Shown: positions 22,701 to 31,986 of the stretch, in pieces
Layout: every line of letters starts with the position of its first letter
How positions within the stretch are numbered: the first letter of the stretch is position 1
Assembly (NCBI GenBank): GCA_964446085.1
Contig: CAYUNP010000002.1
Coordinates: 3,266 to 67,265, forward strand
Direction of reading: 5' to 3'
Source of the DNA: an uncultured Pirellulaceae bacterium
GTDB taxonomy: Bacteria; Planctomycetota; Planctomycetia; Pirellulales; Pirellulaceae
Length of the DNA: 64,000 nt
Translations under genes and position numbers: made by a program
The notes under the pieces: generated by a model
The model's database searches: none
What the model saw: the letters and a program-made list of their open reading frames with translations, nothing else
Told to the model about the DNA's origin: nothing

Positions 22701-24274
22701 TGTGTAAAGTAATCGTAGAGCAGGCGGGGCTTGTCGCTGAGACATGCCAGCGCCATATCGTTACCCATCGATCCAATCGGATCTTTCTTGACCTTGATCA
22801 AGGGGAGCAGCATAAAATCCATGGTCTCATTCGAGTAGCCAAACGCTCGCATCTGGGCCAATCGCTCTTTGTCGTCGAGCATGGGAGCTGGATCAGTCGA
22901 AGGCAAGTCATCGAAGGTCATTCGTTGCTTTTTGAGCCAGTCGGCATACGGCAATCGATTCGAAACGCGATCTTTGAGTTCACCATCAGCAACAATTCGA
23001 CCGTTGTCGAAATCAACCAGGAACATTTTGCCAGGCTCAAGGCGACCTTTCTGCACAACGGTAGCCGGATCGATATCGAGCACTCCGACTTCACTGGCCA
23101 TCAGCACACGATCATCATCAGTCACGTAGTAGCGACTCGGACGCAAGCCATTTCGATCGAGGACCGCACCGATCACGCGACCATCGGTAAACGAAATCGA
23201 AGCCGGACCGTCCCAGGGTTCCTGGATACAGGCATGGTACTCATAGAAAGCCCGCTTGTTCTCGGGCATGCTCTGGTGGTTCCGCCAGGCTTCCGGAATC
23301 ATCATCATGACCACTTCAGGAAGTTCACGACCGGCCATCAAAAGCAATTCCATCGCGTTGTCAAACTCGGCAGAATCACTTCCGTTACATTCAATGATCG
23401 GCTTGAGTTCTTCCAGGCAATCGCCAAAGAGTTCACTGTTCATCAAACCCTGACGGGCAGTGATCCAGTTTCGGTTTCCACGGAGCGTATTGATTTCACC
23501 GTTGTGGGCCATCCATCGCAGCGGTTGGGCACGCGACCAGGCCGGCAGCGTATTGGTAGAAAATCGTGAATGCACCATGGCGAGGTGACTGGTAAATGTC
23601 TCGTCCTGCAAATCAAGATAGTACAGTGGCAATTGTGCCGTGGAGAGCATTCCTTTGTAGACCAGGATTCTGGAAGAGAGCGAGCAGACATAGAACAACT
23701 CTCGTTCGTCAAAACCAGCTTCGCGAACCTCATGTGAAACTCGCTTGCGGATCAGGTACAGCTTTCGCTCAAATTCGTCCTGGTCAATTCCTTCGCCAGG
23801 TGCGATGAAGGCTTGCAGGATTTTTGGTTGTGCACGGATCGCCGTCGCACCAATGTTGGCGCCTGCCGGATCAACAGGAACTTCACGCCAGCCAACAAAC
23901 CGTTGCCCATAGTTCGCCGTCATGTCCTGAAACATTCGCTTGGCACGCTCGCGGGAACGTTCATCGGTCGGCAGAAAGACGTTTCCAATCCCAAAGAATT
24001 CACAGTCCAGATCAAAATAGTTGATCTCTGCGATATCCTGCATGAATGACTTTGGCATCCCGATCAAAATGCCGGCACCATCGCCAGTCTCTGCTTCGCA
24101 GCCACATGCGCCGCGATGCTCCATCCTGGAGAGAATCTCACATGCATCAACGACGATCGCCCTTGATGGAGTCCCTTTTACGTGAGCGACAAAGCCAACT
24201 CCACAGCTGTCGTGCTCAAAATCTGGCGCGTAGAGAGTATTCTCTCGCGCATGCTTTACATGGTCGATGATCAA
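19730..24274 (-). CDS. gltB: Glutamate synthase large subunit
   Basis: EHDSCGVGF amidotransferase start, [48 protein letters not shown], and C-terminal GXGXG domain. Confidence 0.97.
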   Translation of the reverse strand: MIIDHVKHARENTLYAPDFEHDSCGVGFVAHVKGTPSRAIVVDACEILSRMEHRGACGCEAETGDGAGILIGMPKSFMQDIAEINYFDLDCEFFGIGNVFLPTDERSRERAKRMFQDMTANYGQRFVGWREVPVDPAGANIGATAIRAQPKILQAFIAPGEGIDQDEFERKLYLIRKRVSHEVREAGFDERELFYVCSLSSRILVYKGMLSTAQLPLYYLDLQDETFTSHLAMVHSRFSTNTLPAWSRAQPLRWMAHNGEINTLRGNRNWITARQGLMNSELFGDCLEELKPIIECNGSDSAEFDNAMELLLMAGRELPEVVMMMIPEAWRNHQSMPENKRAFYEYHACIQEPWDGPASISFTDGRVIGAVLDRNGLRPSRYYVTDDDRVLMASEVGVLDIDPATVVQKGRLEPGKMFLVDFDNGRIVADGELKDRVSNRLPYADWLKKQRMTFDDLPSTDPAPMLDDKERLAQMRAFGYSNETMDFMLLPLIKVKKDPIGSMGNDMALACLSDKPRLLYDYFTQLFAQVTNPPIDSIREEIVMSVECFIGPEGNLLDTTEDQCNRLVLHTPILDFSEMAKLKSLDHRNWKSRVIDITFAVSEGEAGFMSALERIRTESEKAIEDGCAIVILSDRAVSADRVPLSALLATSAVHHHLIEKHSRTRIGIVVETGEAREVHHHCLLTGFGADAIHPYLGLEAIIQHHAKNEGSDLTADQCIAAYRKGVMKGMLKVLAKMGISTLASYKGARIFEAIGLNSDVISSAFPGTASRIEGVGFDVLAAEAIRRHKLGYRKGGQLPIVELETAGTMHWRQGGEKHAWTPLNIADIQTAARNGDVDAYKRFAKNVNAQTAKECHLRGLLTFKDDRQSIPIDEVEPAKEIVKRFCTGAMSFGSISAESHETLAVAMNRLGGKSNTGEGGEDYKRFEAQPNGDSRRSAIKQVASGRFGVTAYYLANADEIQIKMAQGAKPGEGGELPGHKVDETIAATRRSTPGVTLISPPPHHDIYSIEDLAQLIYDLKNSNPTARISVKLVSEVGVGTIAAGVAKAHADNILISGCGGGTGASPITSIKHAGMPWELGIAETHQTLVMNDLRSRVRLQTDGQLKTGRDIVIATLLGAEEFGFATAPLITLGCIMMRKCHLNTCPVGIATQDPELRKKFKGKPEHVVNYLFMVAQEAREIMASLGFRSINEMVGRVETLDVRHAVDHWKAQGIDLTKILAPAMGPYPDVDVYCTIDQDHALDEVLDWQFVEQAKRALEQREKVTIDLPVRNIDRAAGTILSHHVVKAHGPEGLPDDTIEINLTGSAGQSLGAFLARGVSITVEGDANDYVGKGLSGGRVVVRPPRNSKFVAEENIIIGNVALYGATEGEAYFRGIAAERFAVRNSGALAVIEGIGDHGLEYMTGGRAVILGPTGRNFAAGMSGGFAFVHDPDEQLLQNINLEMVDLEAMEKPEDIAELKSLIENHYRYTESPVAKSLLDDWSKSLLEFRKVIPIRYREILQERALAAKSRRRG

Positions 24275-24499
24275 GCTTCCGGTCCTGAATTGAGGTCAAT
24301 GGTCAGACCCGGATGTTGGTTTTTTTCACCATGTCCGAGTCTCGCAAAATTCGCCGTCGCGTTTTCACCCGACCATTTATTACCCAAAACGAAAATACAA
24401 GCAAACGGGCAAAAGAGCTAAGGTTGCCGATTCACCTTTAACGGATCTTAACGGCGAGCCCCGACAAAAATAGTTCGTCAATTGAGAAAACGAACGCAC

Positions 24500-24639
24500 A
24501 TCGTCAGGACGTTTAGCCTTCTGACGATTCAAATCGAGCCCGACGTTGATCGGAACACACACTGCTTCGTGGACTCAGTGCCGACTTGTTGACCGGCACT
24601 TGAAGGCGCGTTTGCGCCAACTTTTCCATTAGTCCACGA
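24500..24639 (-). ncRNA. Candidate structured RNA (three-way junction plus further hairpins) upstream of gltB
   Basis: Perfect 9-bp closing stem (24567-75/24631-39) encloses hairpins at 24577-24600 and 24605-24618; another 8-bp stem at 24500-24528. G-U pairs extend one stem only on the minus strand. No family recognised. Confidence 0.35.
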
Positions 24640-24700
24640 CCAGGGATTTACTTACACAAAGATCGAGGCCGCGGAGAGCGCGGCGCAGGCAATCGACTGG

Positions 24701-27169
24701 CTACCTGGACACACTCCATTTGCTGCCAAAACAATCGATTCTGGCCCAATAGGGATGAAGTCGATCTGCTCTCCTACGCACGTCATCGAGGATGACACGA
24801 GTCGAAGGAGTGACTCCCTGGCGGAATTTACCACGTCCTGAGATCCTGATTTCGTCATTAAAGTCCACGAACTCTGGAGCCAACCACAGCGTCATCCCCT
24901 GCCCAGCTTTGGAAGGGCCAAGCACAAACTTGTTGACGTCGCCCTCTTTCGGCTTGAGCTCAGCTTCAATCCGTAGTTTATTCAGATTTCCACCATCCCA
25001 AGTTTGAGGCGACATGATGTTGTTAACTGGAAAACCATGCAACTCCATAAACCAGTATCGATTGTCCCACTTACGAAGCGAATTGATCACGAATTCAAAC
25101 CCGGTTTGATCCGGCAAACGACGACGCTGAAACTCCATCCAGTCAAACATGCTCTCGATATCATCAGGAAAACTCTCGCCCCCAAGGCGACCGGCGTACT
25201 CAACCAGAATCAGGTTGACGTACGTGCCGTACTTGCTGGACGTGAGCCATTTGTCCCATGTCATCCGATTGGGTGCCTGAGTCGTTACATCGCCTTCACC
25301 AATGACGGCATAAATCGAAAGTGGAATATCCCGATTAAGCGCGTGGACCTTGGCATACTTTTCAATGATGCCACCAATGGGAATCAGGCCAGCAAAGTGC
25401 TCTGGATGAGCCAGCCCAATATCGTAGACAAGGTTGGCACCCCTGCCGTGTCCGTGCAGGAATACTCTATCCGTATTGACCGAGAACTTTCGAAAACATG
25501 CTCGCATCGCCCCCAAAACAGTCGCATGTTCACGTGCCGTGTACTCCGCGACAGCCTGGCCAGGCTTATTCCACTGAACACTGGCAACAATGACTCCACG
25601 CCGTGACGCCCGACCAAGCCGGCCAACGCCTGGAACATATTTCTCATTGAACAGATCCAGCTGATTGTCTGCTGACACGCCAATGTTGGGCAGCGTAATC
25701 ATCAACGGATAGCGCCGATAAGGATCGTACTCGATCGGCAAATGCACCAAAACGCGAAAGGATTGATCGGCCGGCCTCGCGGTGGTGCCTGGAACAACGA
25801 CATTGAATTCGATGGGCTTCTCTCCGGTGTAACCGGCAATCGCTTTGTCATGCTCAATCGGTTTCATCTGAGCCAACATACTGGCCACAATCTCTGGAGT
25901 ACCGGACTCAAGCTCTTTCAGTCGCTTGATGATCTCTTTCCGCTTCGCTGCGTCACCGTCGGAAAGATAAGCCCGAATCAAATCACGAACCGTAAACATT
26001 GACTCAGTCGTGGCAAAGTTTGCCACAGCATTGTTACTTCCGCGCAACCAGCCACTGATCGCGAGAGCAACTTTCTGCTCATCCGTCTGGGCCGCATCGT
26101 TGGCTTGAACCAAATAGCTATCAAGTCGGGCAACGTTCGAAGGAGAAAGTTCGGAATTCAATTCGGCCAGAAATTGCTGAAGCATCATTTTCTGCTGGTC
26201 GGTTGGCTTGCCAGCTCCCTGGTACTGTTGCACCAGTTCGGAAACCTTTTCGCGTACTTCAATAACCTTTGCATCCGCTGCATCGATGTTGCTGAGTATA
26301 TCCTGCAACTCGATCAGAGTATTTTGGGCAACACCTTCCTTGTTCATGTGGGCGCCGGCAAGCTCCTTCGCCAAATCAGTTTGATTGCTCTCAATTCGCC
26401 TATTGATTTCTCGTACGACCTGTCGAGCCCGACTCTGGCGAACCCGCGCTCGATCCTGATTAACCTGATCCTTGCGCTCCGGAAACCGTCTCTCAATGAG
26501 ATCCAGTTCTTTCAATGCTTCATCAAACTGTTGGGCACGCAAGAAGTAACCAAAGATTTCCTGATACTCAACCGGGCTGTTACCGTTGGTGATCTGATTG
26601 TGGAGCAACTTTCGAATCGTTTCGACTGGAACCGCACCTGTTCCAATACTCATCGTCAGAGACGTCTTGGGTCCGTCGGTTTTGAGCGAACTCAACTGAA
26701 CGTATTCAGGAGTAATCTTTGTGATACCCTGCACGAAATTCTTTGGACCATGCTTCGTGTCGACTCTGATTACCCGGTGTCCAAATTCGTTGAACCCAAA
26801 TGCCCCGATCTGGCTTCTGGGATAGGCGCCTTTGTTCCTGATTGCATCCTGCCAAATTGAAAACTCAATTTCCGGAATGTTGAGCGGAACAGGTTCTTCA
26901 TTGACCAGGTGGTGCTTACTGATGAAGACTCGCTGCAGCCCGTTTTCGACCCTGAAACAACTGGCGCCTGAATCAGCTGGAACATTTTTAGTGCTATAGC
27001 CGTTGACCGCAGAGAGTCGACCTTCGAATCGATGGCCGGACTTGACATTGACGGTAACGGGCAATTTTTGCTGCGCCAGAACGCGATCGGAATTGCAGGT
27101 GACAATCCCAATCAAAAAAGATACCGCAATCACTAAAGACGGAATTAAAGATTTCTGTTCCATAGCCAT
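24701..27169 (-). CDS. Secreted protein with C-terminal alpha/beta-hydrolase-like (esterase/peptidase) domain
   Basis: Signal peptide; VHLPIEYDPYRRYPLMITLP and DRVFLHGHGRGANLVYDIGLAHPEHFAGLIPIGG. The expected GxSxG serine is absent. Confidence 0.7.
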   Translation of the reverse strand: MAMEQKSLIPSLVIAVSFLIGIVTCNSDRVLAQQKLPVTVNVKSGHRFEGRLSAVNGYSTKNVPADSGASCFRVENGLQRVFISKHHLVNEEPVPLNIPEIEFSIWQDAIRNKGAYPRSQIGAFGFNEFGHRVIRVDTKHGPKNFVQGITKITPEYVQLSSLKTDGPKTSLTMSIGTGAVPVETIRKLLHNQITNGNSPVEYQEIFGYFLRAQQFDEALKELDLIERRFPERKDQVNQDRARVRQSRARQVVREINRRIESNQTDLAKELAGAHMNKEGVAQNTLIELQDILSNIDAADAKVIEVREKVSELVQQYQGAGKPTDQQKMMLQQFLAELNSELSPSNVARLDSYLVQANDAAQTDEQKVALAISGWLRGSNNAVANFATTESMFTVRDLIRAYLSDGDAAKRKEIIKRLKELESGTPEIVASMLAQMKPIEHDKAIAGYTGEKPIEFNVVVPGTTARPADQSFRVLVHLPIEYDPYRRYPLMITLPNIGVSADNQLDLFNEKYVPGVGRLGRASRRGVIVASVQWNKPGQAVAEYTAREHATVLGAMRACFRKFSVNTDRVFLHGHGRGANLVYDIGLAHPEHFAGLIPIGGIIEKYAKVHALNRDIPLSIYAVIGEGDVTTQAPNRMTWDKWLTSSKYGTYVNLILVEYAGRLGGESFPDDIESMFDWMEFQRRRLPDQTGFEFVINSLRKWDNRYWFMELHGFPVNNIMSPQTWDGGNLNKLRIEAELKPKEGDVNKFVLGPSKAGQGMTLWLAPEFVDFNDEIRISGRGKFRQGVTPSTRVILDDVRRRADRLHPYWARIDCFGSKWSVSR

Positions 27170-27196
27170 CTCTCCGGTTCCTGATCATGCCCCTCT

Positions 27197-27868
27197 TTGC
27201 ATTATAGTGTATCGGATCAATCAGGGAGTAAAGCTATCGAAAATCTGCCAGACAACTTACCCGTTCGCGAGAATTACCTGTGGGTGTCTCGAAAGTTGAT
27301 TTACGGACAAGCAGCGTTACTTGGAGTTTCTGCAGCCACTTTTTTTATGCTGGGTTTGATGGTGGGGAATCTCACATCGACTTCTGGCGAGGTTGCCAAT
27401 TCGAATCCGTCTTTCGTGGGCTACGTCGAGGACTGTCGAGTTTCTGGTCTGGTTACGTTTCAGAAAAATGGAAACGAATTCCCTGACAAGGGCGCTGTCG
27501 TGCTCTTGTTCCCTCGCAGTTCGTCACCACCCACCCCCCAAACACCTGGCTTGGTGATGCCCAAAACGTTCGTTGCATTGGACAATCCGACAATTGAAGC
27601 CATTCACACCGCTGGCGGGGCTGTTGTCCGAGCCGACTCTGATGGAAAGTTTGAAGTGCTGGTCGATCAGGGTCGCGAGTACCGACTGTTGGTCGTCTCG
27701 AAGAACCGCACCCCCCAAGGCAGCACTTTGACCGAACCCCAACAGTTACTTCTTGAGTCCTGGTTTTCACCCGCGGAAAAGTTGATCCGTGATAACGATT
27801 TCCGATGGCGCGACATCAATGGCAACGCAGAGAGAGTGGACGCCGGATCAATACAGTTCAACCAGTGA
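27197..27868 (+). CDS. Hypothetical membrane-anchored protein
   Basis: Single TM segment followed by a beta-rich domain (GAVVRADSDGKFEV). Start uncertain. Confidence 0.6.
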   Translation: MHYSVSDQSGSKAIENLPDNLPVRENYLWVSRKLIYGQAALLGVSAATFFMLGLMVGNLTSTSGEVANSNPSFVGYVEDCRVSGLVTFQKNGNEFPDKGAVVLLFPRSSSPPTPQTPGLVMPKTFVALDNPTIEAIHTAGGAVVRADSDGKFEVLVDQGREYRLLVVSKNRTPQGSTLTEPQQLLLESWFSPAEKLIRDNDFRWRDINGNAERVDAGSIQFNQ

Positions 27869-27950
27869 CGACGCCGGATTTGAATGCGTTGCTGCAATCA
27901 CGTACCATTAGTTGCTCGAAACTCTCCATCATCATTGATCAAACTTTTCC

Positions 27951-28304
27951 ATGCCTTCCAAACAGTCACAAGCTGAGTTGATTCGACTTCTTGAATCAGG
28001 CATTCGCGAAGCGGGGGACCTGGACAAAAGGCGTTTTTTTATCATCGTCAGCAACGTCATCGCCTCGGGGTCGCCACCAGAGAGGATCGTGGCATCCGTA
28101 TTGGTGCGTTTCCTTCCAGATGGTGCTCCGTATTGCTGCGGTGAACCAGGCTGCTATTCACAAGTCTTTCGCGACAGCGGAATGGCTACCCTTGGTGAAT
28201 TACTTCAGCGAAAGATGAACTTGAGACAGCCAGTCTCGGTCGAATTGAAAGTGCGCCCCGAATACCATGATGGTATCTCCTTCTCAGCATTCCATGACGG
28301 CTAA
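27951..28304 (+). CDS. Hypothetical protein with CCGEPGC motif
   Basis: 117-aa ATG ORF filling an otherwise empty interval; contains the Cys cluster PYCCGEPGCY. Confidence 0.6.
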   Translation: MPSKQSQAELIRLLESGIREAGDLDKRRFFIIVSNVIASGSPPERIVASVLVRFLPDGAPYCCGEPGCYSQVFRDSGMATLGELLQRKMNLRQPVSVELKVRPEYHDGISFSAFHDG

Positions 28305-28458
28305 CCTTCGATGTGGTTCTGCGCTTGCAATCAATGTATGATCGATTTTTAATCGACAGCTTCGTGATGCGACAAGGATTTTATCCGCGCCTTTTCGCTA
28401 TCGTTATCGGCAACATCATGGTTTCCTGAATTCTCCAGTCGCGAAAGATCCATCTCCG

Positions 28459-28749
28459 ATGAGTTCCAACCAAATCGCTGCCGTTGCCTTGTCGCTATTG
28501 CTGCTGGCGCTACTCGCTTGGTCGATTCTTGCAGGCGCTGGCAACCTGCACATCATACTGTTGCTTGGAATCGGTTCCATACTGGGATTAGTCTATGCGG
28601 TGAAAGGACAACTTCCAGACTGGATCATTGATCACAGCGCTTGCCTGACCCACGACGATGACCTGTCGAACATTTCTCCGCGTATCTACTTGCCAATCCT
28701 GTTGGGCGTCATCGCCCTGGCGGTCATTGCTCTCATCAGCATCCTCTAA
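28459..28749 (+). CDS. Hypothetical small membrane protein
   Basis: 96 aa with three hydrophobic segments. Confidence 0.55.
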   Translation: MSSNQIAAVALSLLLLALLAWSILAGAGNLHIILLLGIGSILGLVYAVKGQLPDWIIDHSACLTHDDDLSNISPRIYLPILLGVIALAVIALISIL

Positions 28750-28784
28750 TTGCACATGCCGCCAGGCAGGCATCGCAGCAGACA

Positions 28785-29993
28785 CTACTTTTTCTCACCA
28801 ACTACCAGGCAAGAGAAGTCTCGCTCAGGATGACGAACCTCAATTTCAGCTGCTGCCTGGCGAAAAGAGTCATCGTTAAAGTGCCGGGAAAACAGTCGCA
28901 TCGTCGTGTGCGAAGAAGGAGACAAAGTGACCTCGCCAATCTGCGGATACTCCCACTTCGATTCGCGTTTCAAAAAAGGCAGCAGTCCGCTGAGTGCTTT
29001 TTTCAAATTGCATCCGTGATCCGGTTCAGACTCCCACAGGTTCTCCCCAAGCTGATCTCCCACGCGGGCAACTCGCGATAGCGCGGTAATATTGAACAGG
29101 CAATAGTGCAGCGATCGTGTTCGCTTGAGTTCTTCGGCCTGGTCGCCGTTGCTTGTAAATTGTCTTTCGATACGTCCTTTGGCTCCCTGAACAATTTCCC
29201 TGGCAAGGTCCTTGCGACCAGCGAACAACGCGTAGCGGGCGCGCTGCGCCGCGTACCATGAACCATGGTTGTTCTTGGCTTTCTGCTCATGCTTGCCCAA
29301 TGGGTTTTCGTTCAACCATTGCTGATATTCATCGAACCACTTTTGAAGTTTTGTCTGATCTTCAGCGGACCAGTGCGCTTCATCGAACAACTCGACCGCA
29401 TCCAGCACCAACATGAACCCACGGGTATCAATAATCCCCGGGCCGCGTCCGGTCGCTCGTCCAGGAACTCCCTGTCCAAAATTCAGATTTGGATTCATGT
29501 GAGTCGCCTCATCCAGAAACCAGGTCCGAACCAGTTTGGCTGCACGTTCGGTGTAACGCGGCTCTTTAAAAATGTAGCCTGCCAATCCAAGCGACTGAAC
29601 GTCGTTACAAAACTTACCCAACCGATTGCGATCTCCGTTGGCGATCAGTTCACGATTTACGATGCCGTCCTTACGGATATAGGGCAGGCCATCTTCCTTG
29701 TCAGGATCGGGCCACCAGTATCGGGAGAAGCTCAAATAATCGTGTTTGTCTTTGCTGGGCGGAAGAATCTCCTTATCCATGACCGTATAGGGGTCCATCT
29801 CCAGTGCAAAATCTGCAGTCTTCTTGAGCTTTTGCAAAGCGACGCGAATTGCCGAGTCATCAGTATTCTCTTTGTTTCGAACCCGGTCGATTTGAGCGCG
29901 ATCCCAGATCACCTGACCATTCAAAGTATCCGCGGCAAATAGTAAGCCCAACAGAACGAGGAATTTTCCAGTTTGGATGCAGAGTGTTTTCAT
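28785..29993 (-). CDS. Alginate lyase family polysaccharide lyase, secreted
   Basis: SKDKHDYLSFSRYWWPD, PYIRKDG, NPNLNFGQ, NNHGSWY, RTRSLHYCLFN. ATG 29993 gives a signal peptide (the ORF track extends to 30074). Confidence 0.85.
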   Translation of the reverse strand: MKTLCIQTGKFLVLLGLLFAADTLNGQVIWDRAQIDRVRNKENTDDSAIRVALQKLKKTADFALEMDPYTVMDKEILPPSKDKHDYLSFSRYWWPDPDKEDGLPYIRKDGIVNRELIANGDRNRLGKFCNDVQSLGLAGYIFKEPRYTERAAKLVRTWFLDEATHMNPNLNFGQGVPGRATGRGPGIIDTRGFMLVLDAVELFDEAHWSAEDQTKLQKWFDEYQQWLNENPLGKHEQKAKNNHGSWYAAQRARYALFAGRKDLAREIVQGAKGRIERQFTSNGDQAEELKRTRSLHYCLFNITALSRVARVGDQLGENLWESEPDHGCNLKKALSGLLPFLKRESKWEYPQIGEVTLSPSSHTTMRLFSRHFNDDSFRQAAAEIEVRHPERDFSCLVVGEKK

Positions 29994-30214
29994 GGTGTTG
30001 GCAATCGTTGGTAACAGATTTGAGTTTGCATAAAATTGCGACAACGAAGATCGCAGACCCACATTGTAAGGCAAATTGAAAGAAATAAGTTAACCACTGC
30101 TGCGTCTTTCAGAACTACCAATTCCGAAAAGTGTCGCAGTTCCACCCTAGATGCATCCTGAGAGTCAAAATTCCCACATTCAACTGAAAGAAACAATCTG
30201 AGCGTCCGACTCGG

Positions 30215-31870
30215 TTACTTCGACACAGCAAGGTCCAATTCGCGGTCCATGTTTTCGTTGTCAGAAGCAACGGTACTGGAGAAAATGGAATCAAAGCCGC
30301 CGTGTCGAACTATCGACTCGGCACTTTTCCTGAACGGTGGATCAATTGCCAAACCTGATTGAGCCACAATCTCACAACAAAGTGTCTCCAATTGTGCCAG
30401 ATTGATTCCAAATCGTTTGTTGAATTGTCCGTTGGTCATTTGATCTTTAAGCCGTTGATTGGATTCCCGAATCAATGGCATTTGTGAAATGTCGACCGTT
30501 CCACCGGCCTCGACATCTTTAGTCACCTCGTGCCACTTGCGAAAGAAATCCTGCATGAAATGGTTGAGCTTGCCGAGTTTCGTCAGCCGTCTCAGGTTTC
30601 GCATGTACATCGTTTGATGGCACATCCGATCGTGCATGAATATGAAACCGGTAATCGACCAGTAAACCATATAGTCCCAAAGAATCTTCGTTGGCATCAC
30701 GGTTGGATTACCGAACATTCGATACTGATCCTGATATGCCGTCGCCGTTCCGTAGTAGAACCGCTTAAAGATTCGATCGTACGAAAACGCGCGTATGCGA
30801 ATCCCCTGCCCTGACAAATCCCGGTGAATCAGGTCAGTCAAGAAAGTGTTCGCAAAACCGATGAAGTCGCTTCCGGGAGAGTAAAACGGATCGTGAAAGA
30901 AACCGGCCTCTCCTGTGATCCCCCATCGCTGCGACGAAAACACCTGATCGCACTCGACAGCGTAATGTTTGATCGCGCGAAAATCCTGTAGCTCATCAAT
31001 GTTCTCACGAACCGCCAATGCGCATTGCGGCTCGTGCTTTTCCAACCACGCCAATGCTTTGTCAAAGGAATTGAAATCGGAAAGTGAGTGAAACTCTTCT
31101 GCCCCCACGATGCCCATACTCGTCGAACCCGAAGCCAGAGGGATCAACCAAACCCAGTACCCCTGCCCCATCAGGTGATTGGTGCTGTACCACCGCGCCG
31201 TTTTACCGGAGTGCCCTTCGTGCCACTGGTTATCGCTGGACCAATCGTCGATCTTGATATGCTTCTTGAACCGAAACCAGGCCGCATTGCCAATGTGCGG
31301 TGATTCTTTTTGCATGTTCAACTGTCGCTTGATAAACGCCCGCCTGCCACTCGCATCAACTACCCAACGGGATTCAACCGATTTGGGATTTCGATCCACC
31401 TCAAAACTAACCGTGTGCTTTTTGCCTCGATCATCAAGCTCAACGTTTTTGATTTTCGCTCGCTGAACAAAATCAATCCCTCGCTCCAGACAAAGGTCAG
31501 CCAGATAGTTTTCGAATCGACCACGATCAAGCTGATAACTGGGACACGGCGCATAACGCTTCCCGCCAAGCTCCAATCGGTCTTCGATGCGCGAGTTGTC
31601 ACCGGCAGGAAAGAAGAATCTGAGGCCGAGTTTGGGCAACTGTTCGTCGAGAATATGTTGCTTCAGCCCCAGGACTTCGCCGAAATAATAGGCTGCCACC
31701 TCGACAGTCGACTCTCCGACCTTGAATGCCGCTTCGGGAACCGGATGCTCGCGCTTTTCCAACACGGTAATCGAAGCATTGGGCAACTTCTGTCGGCACT
31801 GAAGCGCAAACGTCAGTCCCGCAAGGCCGCCTCCAAGCACTGTGATGTCGCTGGTTTGATTCGTTTGCAT
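30215..31870 (-). CDS. Flavin-dependent halogenase-like enzyme (copy A)
   Basis: GGGLAG FAD motif, [18 protein letters not shown] (Lys in the catalytic-Lys position), DASGR, YWVWLIP (WxWxIP), [17 protein letters not shown] 31870 preferred. Confidence 0.75.
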   Translation of the reverse strand: MQTNQTSDITVLGGGLAGLTFALQCRQKLPNASITVLEKREHPVPEAAFKVGESTVEVAAYYFGEVLGLKQHILDEQLPKLGLRFFFPAGDNSRIEDRLELGGKRYAPCPSYQLDRGRFENYLADLCLERGIDFVQRAKIKNVELDDRGKKHTVSFEVDRNPKSVESRWVVDASGRRAFIKRQLNMQKESPHIGNAAWFRFKKHIKIDDWSSDNQWHEGHSGKTARWYSTNHLMGQGYWVWLIPLASGSTSMGIVGAEEFHSLSDFNSFDKALAWLEKHEPQCALAVRENIDELQDFRAIKHYAVECDQVFSSQRWGITGEAGFFHDPFYSPGSDFIGFANTFLTDLIHRDLSGQGIRIRAFSYDRIFKRFYYGTATAYQDQYRMFGNPTVMPTKILWDYMVYWSITGFIFMHDRMCHQTMYMRNLRRLTKLGKLNHFMQDFFRKWHEVTKDVEAGGTVDISQMPLIRESNQRLKDQMTNGQFNKRFGINLAQLETLCCEIVAQSGLAIDPPFRKSAESIVRHGGFDSIFSSTVASDNENMDRELDLAVSK

Positions 31871-31986
31871 TTTTGATTTCCGCTTTAACGTGGTCGCAAA
31901 TTTTATGCTCAAAAGTCTGTAGTGCCGCCTTTGGGCGGAATGCATCAGCAGCGATTTCCGCTAAAGCCGACACCAGGAACCAGTTC

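Noticed and set aside
22160-23569. 469-aa plus-strand ORF
   Set aside because: Entirely antisense to gltB with no recognisable motifs; a shadow ORF.
24600-24660. Resemblance to the c-di-GMP-I riboswitch (GAAA..UGG.CGCAAA..GCC)
   Set aside because: The required P2 pairing and upstream GGCAAA element are not convincing.
27868-30215. Search for an attL copy of the tRNA 3' end or an integrase
   Set aside because: None seen by eye, so no mobile element is called.
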